Positions 38,791 through 46,401 of a stretch of 64,000 nt of DNA are shown in pieces. Below the pieces are notes generated by a model. That model was not told the origin of the DNA. It saw nothing but the letters and a program-made list of their open reading frames with translations, and did no database searches. Location: assembly GCA_020725175.1 (NCBI GenBank), contig DYFM01000004.1:20015-84014 (forward strand), read 5' to 3'. Source of the DNA: Candidatus Paceibacter sp. (GTDB taxonomy: Bacteria; Patescibacteriota; Patescibacteriia; Magasanikbacterales; UBA922). The number at the start of each line of letters is the position of its first letter. The stretch's first letter is position 1. The translations under genes were made by a program, and so were the position numbers.

Positions 38791-38816
38791 AGCCGTCAAT
38801 TGACGGCTGTTTTTTA
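38791..38816 (+). terminator. rho-independent terminator (agccgtcaattgacggct + T6)
   Basis: 8-bp stem, downstream of PspC-domain gene. Confidence 0.65.
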
Positions 38817-38836
38817 TTGTGTTACGGTGGAAACAT

Positions 38837-38905
38837 ATGAAAAAGAGAATTCCCCAAACGAATGCATGGTGGTGGACATTGCAGAGCGGCAATGTCATGT
38901 TTTGA
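38837..38905 (+). CDS. putative Trp-rich leader peptide (22 aa, MKKRIPQTNAWWWTLQSGNVMF) of a trpS attenuator
   Basis: three consecutive TGG codons at 38867-38875; GGTGGA 6 nt upstream of ATG; immediately followed by alternative hairpins and an intrinsic terminator. Confidence 0.5.
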   Translation: MKKRIPQTNAWWWTLQSGNVMF

Positions 38906-38930
38906 TACCTTCATACGTTTTGAACTATTC

Positions 38931-38965
38931 AAACCTCTCGACATTGCCGAGAGGTTTTTGTTTTG
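38931..38965 (+). terminator. attenuator terminator (AAACCTCTCG-acattgc-CGAGAGGTTT + TTGTTTTG)
   Basis: 10-bp stem + U-tract; loop sequence GACATTGC(CG) duplicates segment 38875-38882 and is complementary to 38887-38896, giving 1:2 / 2:3 / 3:4 alternatives. Confidence 0.6.
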
Positions 38966-39039
38966 ATGTATGTTTCTCTTCATGAAATATTCACCAGCGC
39001 AAAACCTTCAACAACCGCGCTGGAAAAGGAGAACTTGCC

Positions 39040-39207
39040 ATGGCAATTCGGTGGATCCACAACGGTGGCTGGGATCCGCACCCGGAGCCCATTGAGGTTT
39101 CGGATGAGGAGGAGAAGAAGGTGAACGAGCAGCCGGCTGAGGACGCTCAGTCTGCTCCCACGTCGTCTCCCGACGACTGGGACGACTTCACCTGCTTCTT
39201 ATCCTAG
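39040..39207 (+). CDS. GC-rich (about 60% GC, GC3-biased) small acidic ORF, 55 aa (MAIRWIHNGGWDPHPEPIEVSDEEEKKVNEQPAEDAQSAPTSSPDDWDDFTCFLS)
   Basis: AGGAG Shine-Dalgarno 8 nt upstream of ATG; strong codon-third-position G/C bias unlike host genes; followed by 13-bp GC hairpin 39215-39245; below 60-aa cutoff of the ORF track. Confidence 0.45.
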   Translation: MAIRWIHNGGWDPHPEPIEVSDEEEKKVNEQPAEDAQSAPTSSPDDWDDFTCFLS

Positions 39208-39308
39208 TCATCTAGGCCGAGTGCTCAACATCTGAGCGCTCGGCCACCATCATTGCTTGTCATTATTGATAAAATACGCTATTCTACAGCTAACTAATCA
39301 AATTTTTT

Positions 39309-40310
39309 ATGATCAAACCAACCATTCTCTCTGGTATTCAACCAACCGGCAATCTCCATATTGGAAACTATTTGGGTGCCTTGAAGAACATTATTAATTT
39401 ACAAAATTCGGGGGAATACGACATGTATATTTTTATTCCCGATCTACATTCACTCACCGGAAGTCGTACGGCCAACGAAAGGCGAGAGATTATCGCAATT
39501 TTGGCAGTGGAATTTTTGGCAGCCGGACTTGATCCGGAAAAAGTTACTTTTTTTGCTCAGTCACATGTACCTGAGCACGCGGAACTGGGTTGGATATTCA
39601 ATTGTATTACTCCGATTGCCGAGTTGGAACGGATGACTCAATATAAAGACAAAGCGCAACAGCAAGAAAAAAATATCAATGCCGGATTGTTTACTTACCC
39701 GGCTTTGATGGCGGCCGATATTTTGCTTTATCATGCTACTCAAGTTCCGGTCGGAGAGGACCAAATTCAACATGTAGAACTAACTCGAGATATTGCGCGC
39801 TGGTTCAACAATCGTTATCCATCGGCAAATCACCCTGAAGGATATTTTGCCGAACCAAAAGTACTGCTTACTGATTTGCCAAAAGTAAAAAGTCTATTAG
39901 AGCCAACCAAAAAAATGAGTAAGAGTAAAGGTGAGGGTCATGTTATTGAGCTGGCAGATGAACCGGATGTCATTGAAAGAAAACTTAAAAAAGCGGTGAC
40001 TGCAAGTGAAGGCGGGATTGGTGCGCCGGGAGTAGAAAATTTACTTTTGCTTTTGAAGAATTTTGGTAATGCCGAGCTTTACCGGCAGTTTAGTGCTGCG
40101 GAAAAAGACGGTTCAATTCGTTACGGGGATCTCAAAATAGAAGTCGCTCATTCAATTTCGGAATATTTTGTTGATTTTAGAGAAAAGAGAAAAGAATTAT
40201 TGGCTCGGCCAAATGAGATAAAAAATATTTTGTCTACCGGAGCTGAAAAGGCCAGAATAGTGGCCAATAAAACTATGAACGATGTACGAAAGTTGGTTGG
40301 GATATCCTAA
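39309..40310 (+). CDS. trpS: tryptophan--tRNA ligase
   Basis: 'ILSGIQPTGNLHIGNYLGAL' (HIGH-class motif), 'KMSKS' present; 333 aa. Confidence 0.9.
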   Translation: MIKPTILSGIQPTGNLHIGNYLGALKNIINLQNSGEYDMYIFIPDLHSLTGSRTANERREIIAILAVEFLAAGLDPEKVTFFAQSHVPEHAELGWIFNCITPIAELERMTQYKDKAQQQEKNINAGLFTYPALMAADILLYHATQVPVGEDQIQHVELTRDIARWFNNRYPSANHPEGYFAEPKVLLTDLPKVKSLLEPTKKMSKSKGEGHVIELADEPDVIERKLKKAVTASEGGIGAPGVENLLLLLKNFGNAELYRQFSAAEKDGSIRYGDLKIEVAHSISEYFVDFREKRKELLARPNEIKNILSTGAEKARIVANKTMNDVRKLVGIS

Positions 40311-40454
40311 ATCAGTAAACTCACATATCCTGCACCATAATGCCGATGCTTTTAGTCCGCTTTAGACAAAATTACTTGATTTTTTTTACCTTTAGGTTTA
40401 ATTCTTGTGTTCTACGTTTAAATTATACTTTCAAAAAATTTTCTTAAGATAAAA

Positions 40455-40490
40455 AATCACCAAAAACATTGACGGTGATTTTTTGTTATA
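40455..40490 (+). terminator. rho-independent terminator of trpS (aatcacc..ggtgatt + T5)
   Basis: 7-bp stem, 12-nt loop, U-tract. Confidence 0.55.
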
Positions 40491-40690
40491 GCATACTCGG
40501 CATAATCTTGCGTGATATTTACAAAAAATGTTTATTACCAAAAATTATACGGTGTAAGATCAAGAGGGTTATTTGCACTTTTGTATTTCAATAAAAAAGC
40601 TGGGGTGTATCAATCCACCCGTGGCGGACAGGTTGCTCTGCTGCTTCTATCAAATAGGAACTTATTTCTTCGCAATTTTTCCGAAATAAT

Positions 40691-40726
40691 GTTCCGTTCC
40701 GCCCCTCGCGAGGGGCGGAACGGAAC
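40691..40726. promoter_or_regulatory. 36-bp perfect palindrome GTTCCGTTCCGCCCCTCG|CGAGGGGCGGAACGGAAC upstream of the 1275-aa hydrolase gene
   Basis: perfect 18-bp arms, no following T-tract; GC-rich within AT-rich IGR. Confidence 0.5.
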
Positions 40727-40785
40727 ATCTTTCGGGGAATTGCGTCAGAAAATGTTCGGCAGTGGCTGAATAGTATCTAAAGCAA

Positions 40786-43700
40786 TTGGCACACAATAGT
40801 GATTTGTTGATTTCAAAAGCGTATATAACGCTAATAATTATTACACCTAAGAAAACAAACATAAAAATAAATCCGATATCAACTCAGTGGTATCTTATTG
40901 TAAATACTTTAGTCAATTTTGTCTGTCGATTGACCGCAGTAATTTTATTCACCATCCTCATTATATATTCTATGCCCCAGCCTCTAGCTATAGCCCGAGC
41001 GATGCCAGTGTCGACTCGAGTTGTTTGTTCATTTATGAGTGTGCTTATTGCACTCTCACCTTTATTTTTTCTTTTTCCAAATCCAGCCACTGTAAACGCG
41101 GCCGGAGAATCAACTTGTGTCGAAACAGTCCAAGCAAATGCTCCACTTGTGTCTTCTGGTACAGTTTCGAATGCTCTCTCCTCTACTACAAAAGTTAATG
41201 ATAGCAGTTATCAAATCAAACTTGGCGCGTGGAGCTCGACTGATCAAGCTTACGCGCGATTTGATTTTTCTCCAGAAGTTGACCTTACAAAATATACGCA
41301 TCTCGAGTTTCAGTTGCAGACAGTAGAAAAAACAGGATTGACCGGAAGTGAACCATTGCTTCTCCAGTGGTATGATAACAATTGGACAGCGGGTGCTTCC
41401 AAAGAAGTGTCTGTTTCAAACGCATTATCCGGAACTCAGATGACGGTGCGTATTCCTATGGCAGATTTTACCGGTACGGCATTTAATCCGGCCAAAGCAC
41501 GATTTTTGTTTTTGCGTTTACCAAAAGTTGGTAAGGTGACAGCCAATCTAAATCTCGCAAATCTGACGGTGAAGAAAATTGTTTGTGAAACTCCAACACC
41601 GGCAGTTCCTGCACCAACTCCGACTCCCTCTCCTGAGCCGGTTGAGCAATGTACCACTGAAGACACGATGACAGCACTTGCTTTACCAACCCGTATTGCT
41701 ACCAATCGGTTGTCAAGTTATTCGATCATAAATAGCAAGCTGGGAGCTTTTGGTGCCAACTTGTATGCCTGGAACGCGTCAGATGAAGGGTATATCCAAC
41801 TCGGATATCCGGCAAACATGGATGTGAGTGGTTATGACGCGCTTGAGCTCAAGTTGAAAGCAAAGATCTTGAGCGGAAACTTGAGTAGTAACCCACTCGT
41901 CATTCAAATGTATGACAATAAGTGGACCGGTGGAAAGTCTAGTGCTGTCAATGTGGGTCCAAGTATTTTGTCCGGTACTGATGTGACGGTGAGAATTCCA
42001 ATGAAAGATTTCAACGCCTCATCTTTTAATCCAAAAGCGGTTCGAAATGTATTTTTCAAATTACCTAAAACCGGTAAGAATCGATTGGAGCTGACGGTTT
42101 CGAGCATGAATTTTGTGAAGTCAACAACGACTTGTACTATTACAAATCCGGTGCCGACTCCAACGCCAACACCTGAACCGGAGCCAACACCCGAGCCAAC
42201 GCCCGTGCCGACTCCTGAACCGGAACCTACTCCAACTCCAGTTCCAACTCCAGAACCAACACCAACACCGGATCCAATAACTCCACCCCCGACAACTAAC
42301 CCGGGTTCAAACATGATTATCGATGCCAACTCGACCAAGGTGCCGTTTGTCGATCGCGGAATCTTGGGTGGAAACACGGTGGACGATCGGACAGCTGATT
42401 ATTTTTCACTTGATCTGTACAAACAATTAGGTGGAACGGGTACGTCAAATGGAACGAGTATGAATCGTCCAATGTGGCGCGTGCATATGATCGACGCCGG
42501 ACAGCCAAAAAATCAGATGATGTGGAATCCAACTGCGATCAAGGGTTACAAATGTTTGAACAACCCAATGATTCCGCAACAATATGGTGAATCGAATTGG
42601 GCAAGTCAGTGGCCGGAACCACTCATGAACGGACAAGTGGTGTGTAACGGCGGAAATTATTATGAAGTAGAATGGTTTGATCAGTCACCAACTTATAGTG
42701 ATCGACACAATCGTCATGCTGTGAGCTTCACAAAAAAGCCTGGTTCAACCATTACCCGATATCGAGCCTTCAACAAAGAAAACCCAAGTGGAAATGCATT
42801 ATTAAACCAGGACAATTATCTTCGTTTTGATATCAAACTCTCATCACAAGTTCCGTTTTCTATAAAAAACGAAACAATTATCATGAGTGCAAATAAATTC
42901 CGTGTATATCTCAAAGCGGATAAATCTCTTGAAGTGCGTGGCGGTAGTGGATTTACTACAGTATTAAAAACATTAGCACCGCTACAATTGGACAAGTGGT
43001 ATAGTGTGGAAACCAAAATTGCCGGTGGACTAGGATCCGAAGAAATTCAGCTGGGTGTTTTGGCTGATGATAGTGCGATGGGAATTGGTGGCTACGGAGT
43101 CTCGGCCTCAGCTATTGTAAATGATTCGTTCAAATATGCGATTGATGAAATAGAAGTGCGAACCAAGTCAATGGGAACGAGTCCAAGTTATCCGTTTGCG
43201 TCTTCTGACAATAGTAAAAAGTTTTTACCAGAAGTTGTGATGTTGCATCACTTTGATAATGGAAACATGACTTGGCTTGATTATGGTGAGATGGCGGAAG
43301 ACTTGAATCTCGAGCTCGTGATTCAATTGCCACATCCGGCGGAAACAAAATATGGAAGTGCCGTTGATCAATGGGCCAATGATCCCATGTTTAAAGAACT
43401 CTTTAGTGTCGAAGGGCATCGTGCCTTGATGGAATATATGGTCGGTACTGCAGACGCGGATTATATGCAAAAAGTACAAAACATTATCAATACCAATGAC
43501 TGGACGATAACAAAACATAATTGGGCAAACTTACGTGCCTATCATGGACGAGTAGAGCCATTCAAATTGAAATTTGTGGAAGTAGGAAATGAGCCATACT
43601 ATTACAATAAAACGGTCAATGGTTTGTCGGCAAGTTTCCTCGGAAACGAAGCCGGATTTGCGACCTGGTTTGTCGAAGCCTGTGAAGCGGTGAAGTCGGT

Positions 43701-44613
43701 GCAAAATAGTTTGCAGTGTGGAATTCCCGCCAATACATCTGGTGGTTTCAAATTCGAAAAAGTGATGCAGGCAATTGGTGCCAAAGGGAAAGGCCACTTG
43801 GTCGATGCCTATGCGATGCATCATTATGTCTCGCATCCGGGAGACAGATTGACGGCTTACCCATTCAAGACCATGGCCGGATCGTATGCCTACAAAGTCC
43901 ATTTTGCCGGTGGCGCAGATTACAACGCGATGCAAAACTTTATTGATACCAAGAGTTTTGAGCAAAAGTACTTTGCCGGTCAAGCCTCACCAAACAAGCG
44001 AACCTATTGGTTTACTGAGTTCAACAGTGTGCTCGCCAACTATAAGTACACCCCAACTGATCAAGCACTAGACGCGATCTACTACGCAACCCAACTTCAG
44101 TACATGCTCGAAAATGGTTTCAATGCCGGAGCTTACTTCTTCTGGAACGGTTCAACGTGGGGAGAAAACTGGCGTGTGGGTGTGACCGGTGAATACAGCG
44201 GTACTCCACAGGTGAATTTGAACGGGCAAATTGCCAAAACTATTGCTGATTCTGTACCGTGGGGAGGAAAAGTTCTCTATGTAAATTATGATTCCAAAGA
44301 CGCAGACACAGAAATCAATGAAGGCAATGGTATTTGGAAAGCGCCAAAAGTAACTTCGGTCGCAACCAAATCAGCGGATGGTAAGAAAATTACCGTAGTG
44401 GTTGTAAATCGTGATTCAGTAAATCATAGTTATAACGTACAACTCCAAAACTTCACGCCAAACAGTACTGCCACGGTATCTGTACTGGACGCAAGTACTG
44501 TCAAAGAAACGCATCAGACGATTGGTATGAACAAACAGACGATTACTGCTTCTAGTGCTATGAACTATAGTTTCCCGGCGATGTCGGTGACGGTGATGGA
44601 GTTTGTGCAGTAA
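40786..44613 (+). CDS. secreted multidomain glycoside hydrolase: signal peptide, two tandem about 200-aa CBM-like domains, Pro/Thr/Glu linkers, C-terminal clan GH-A (TIM-barrel) catalytic domain
   Basis: repeated 'W/MYDNxWTxG..VTVRIPMxDF..FNPKA' modules; linker 'PTPTPTPEPEPTPEPTPVPTPEPEPTPTPVPTPEPTPTPDP'; 'FVEVGNEPYYY' (NEP acid/base) and 'YWFTEFNS' (TE nucleophile); true start probably an internal Met preceding signal peptide 'MSVLIALSPLFFLFPNPATVNA'. Confidence 0.75.
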   Translation: MAHNSDLLISKAYITLIIITPKKTNIKINPISTQWYLIVNTLVNFVCRLTAVILFTILIIYSMPQPLAIARAMPVSTRVVCSFMSVLIALSPLFFLFPNPATVNAAGESTCVETVQANAPLVSSGTVSNALSSTTKVNDSSYQIKLGAWSSTDQAYARFDFSPEVDLTKYTHLEFQLQTVEKTGLTGSEPLLLQWYDNNWTAGASKEVSVSNALSGTQMTVRIPMADFTGTAFNPAKARFLFLRLPKVGKVTANLNLANLTVKKIVCETPTPAVPAPTPTPSPEPVEQCTTEDTMTALALPTRIATNRLSSYSIINSKLGAFGANLYAWNASDEGYIQLGYPANMDVSGYDALELKLKAKILSGNLSSNPLVIQMYDNKWTGGKSSAVNVGPSILSGTDVTVRIPMKDFNASSFNPKAVRNVFFKLPKTGKNRLELTVSSMNFVKSTTTCTITNPVPTPTPTPEPEPTPEPTPVPTPEPEPTPTPVPTPEPTPTPDPITPPPTTNPGSNMIIDANSTKVPFVDRGILGGNTVDDRTADYFSLDLYKQLGGTGTSNGTSMNRPMWRVHMIDAGQPKNQMMWNPTAIKGYKCLNNPMIPQQYGESNWASQWPEPLMNGQVVCNGGNYYEVEWFDQSPTYSDRHNRHAVSFTKKPGSTITRYRAFNKENPSGNALLNQDNYLRFDIKLSSQVPFSIKNETIIMSANKFRVYLKADKSLEVRGGSGFTTVLKTLAPLQLDKWYSVETKIAGGLGSEEIQLGVLADDSAMGIGGYGVSASAIVNDSFKYAIDEIEVRTKSMGTSPSYPFASSDNSKKFLPEVVMLHHFDNGNMTWLDYGEMAEDLNLELVIQLPHPAETKYGSAVDQWANDPMFKELFSVEGHRALMEYMVGTADADYMQKVQNIINTNDWTITKHNWANLRAYHGRVEPFKLKFVEVGNEPYYYNKTVNGLSASFLGNEAGFATWFVEACEAVKSVQNSLQCGIPANTSGGFKFEKVMQAIGAKGKGHLVDAYAMHHYVSHPGDRLTAYPFKTMAGSYAYKVHFAGGADYNAMQNFIDTKSFEQKYFAGQASPNKRTYWFTEFNSVLANYKYTPTDQALDAIYYATQLQYMLENGFNAGAYFFWNGSTWGENWRVGVTGEYSGTPQVNLNGQIAKTIADSVPWGGKVLYVNYDSKDADTEINEGNGIWKAPKVTSVATKSADGKKITVVVVNRDSVNHSYNVQLQNFTPNSTATVSVLDASTVKETHQTIGMNKQTITASSAMNYSFPAMSVTVMEFVQ

Positions 44614-44677
44614 AGGCCGGAGAAGCTTGAAATGCCGGAGAGGCTGGAAAGGCTATTGATGATTGAAATTGAGAAAA

Positions 44678-44708
44678 GGCGGCTCGAAAGAGTCGTCTTT
44701 TTTTGTTG
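44678..44708 (+). terminator. rho-independent terminator (GGCGGCTC-gaaa-GAGTCGTC + T8)
   Basis: 8-bp stem with two G-U pairs, GNRA loop, long U-tract. Confidence 0.6.
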
Positions 44709-44742
44709 ATTTTTTGTCGAATTTATGCTATAGTATCTACAT

Positions 44743-45009
44743 ATGACGATACATGATTTTATAAAACAACGCCCATATCTGATTTGGTGGGTGAAAAATT
44801 ATGATAGGTTGAGTGCCGAATCTATTGTTGAGGCTACTCTCAATTATGGTGATTGGGATGAAGATGTGATAACTTTATTCAAGATTATGGGCCTCAAAAA
44901 AGTGGCCAAGATTTTTCGAGAAAAATCCGAGCCGTCGAAAATGGGGAGGCAGAATTATGATGAGAAAACGAAGCTATTTTTTACTCGATATTTCAATAAG
45001 TATGCATAA
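44743..45009 (+). CDS. small protein overlapping AbiEii gene start (candidate cognate antitoxin)
   Basis: 88 aa; stop TAA overlaps toxin ATG in ATGCATAATGA (8-nt overlap), typical of coupled TA operons; no recognisable HTH. Confidence 0.4.
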   Translation: MTIHDFIKQRPYLIWWVKNYDRLSAESIVEATLNYGDWDEDVITLFKIMGLKKVAKIFREKSEPSKMGRQNYDEKTKLFFTRYFNKYA

Positions 45010-45616
45010 TGAGATTTTGTCCGAAGATCAGAAAAAATTACTGCCTTTGGTGAAAAAATTTTCCAAGCAGTTTTTTTTGGTTGGAGGAACAGCCATTGCG
45101 CTTCATATTGGGCATAGAGAGTCAATTGATTTTGATTTGTTTTCGTTTGATGAATTTGATAATAATAAGATACGAAGTGTTATTAAGCGATTTGGCAGGA
45201 ATATTGGTCAGGTGTATAAAGATGAAGATGGTCAATTTACTTTTTTCATCGGTACCGTGCAACATACTTTTTTTCACTACCCATTTAGTTTTGAGGTTAC
45301 AGAAATGCTCAATGACGTGATTCGAATGCCGGATTTGCTGACCTTGGCAGCGATGAAAGCCTATGCACTTGGGAGGCGAGCAAAGTGGAAGGATTATGTA
45401 GATTTGTATTTTATTATGCGCGATTATCATTCTCTTGATGAGATTGTAGTTCGAGGAAAAGAAATCTTTGCCGGGGAATTCAATGGGCGTATTTTTCGTG
45501 AGCAATTAGGGTATTTTGACGATATTGATTATACGCAAGAAGTTGTTTTTTCGCCGGGATACGAGGTTAGTGAAAAAAAGATCAAAAAAGAACTCATCGA
45601 ATTTAGTTTATCTTAA
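45002..45616 (+). CDS. nucleotidyltransferase of AbiEii/AbiGii (DUF1814) type IV toxin family
   Basis: 'FFLVGGTAIALHIGHRESIDFDLFS' NTase signature (GG[ST]A..L..G.R.S.D.D) and C-terminal 'DYVDLYFIM' motif. Confidence 0.7.
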   Translation: MHNEILSEDQKKLLPLVKKFSKQFFLVGGTAIALHIGHRESIDFDLFSFDEFDNNKIRSVIKRFGRNIGQVYKDEDGQFTFFIGTVQHTFFHYPFSFEVTEMLNDVIRMPDLLTLAAMKAYALGRRAKWKDYVDLYFIMRDYHSLDEIVVRGKEIFAGEFNGRIFREQLGYFDDIDYTQEVVFSPGYEVSEKKIKKELIEFSLS

Positions 45617-45638
45617 CCTACATCCTCAATTCCTCTCT

Positions 45639-46166
45639 ATGCCTCTCAATATCCATCCCATGTTCGTTCATTTTCCCATTGCCTTTCTTACGGTCTATGG
45701 TGGGCTAGAACTTCTTAGGTTCAAAAAAATTCTTTCTCAACCGTGGTGGTTTTATGTAAAGATGTCTTTTGTTGTTTTTGGTTTCCTAGGTGCCTTGCTA
45801 GCCTTACAGACGGGGGGACTGATTGAAGATGAGTTCGAACGAAGTTCACTGGGTCCTTTGATGGAAACACATGCCAGCTTTGCGACAGCTACTACTGTTG
45901 TCTTTGGAATTTTGGCAGGACTTTATTTGCTAACGTGGTTTAAGCTAGTTTCTGATAGTCAAGCCTGGTTGAAGAAGAACGGTATTCGTCAGCTTTGGCA
46001 ATTGCTCATTACGACTCATCAAGTATTCTACAAACCATGGTTTTTGATTTCGTCTGCCTTTGCTGGTCTCGTCTTGATTACGATTACCGGTGCCCTTGGT
46101 GGCGCTTTGGTGCATGGTCCGGAGGTAGATCCGGTGGTATCAGCCATATATCACTTATTTTTTTAA
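45639..46166 (+). CDS. DUF2231-like membrane protein
   Basis: 'MPLNIHPMFVHFPIAFL' conserved HFP motif, 4 TM helices. Confidence 0.5.
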   Translation: MPLNIHPMFVHFPIAFLTVYGGLELLRFKKILSQPWWFYVKMSFVVFGFLGALLALQTGGLIEDEFERSSLGPLMETHASFATATTVVFGILAGLYLLTWFKLVSDSQAWLKKNGIRQLWQLLITTHQVFYKPWFLISSAFAGLVLITITGALGGALVHGPEVDPVVSAIYHLFF

Positions 46167-46401
46167 AAATATATTTGAGCGTTTTGCTGAGGTTAAACGA
46201 CTGGTATGGTCGTTTTTTCTTTTTGAAAATTTATCCACATTTTCTAAATCAATAAGCGACCAAAACCTAGGGAATTTCAAAAAAATATGATATACTTTCT
46301 GTGATATTTATGCCGAACCAAAAGACATTTTTTTATACACAGAAAAAAGGCATAAATGAAAAGCGGGGTATTGACTTTAGCTATTTTTTTGTATTTTAAA
46401 T

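Noticed and set aside
39215-39245. Terminator call for the GC hairpin after the 55-aa micro-ORF
   Set aside because: It is a 13-bp GC stem but is followed by ACCAUCAUUGC with no U-tract. It is more likely a stability hairpin than an intrinsic terminator.
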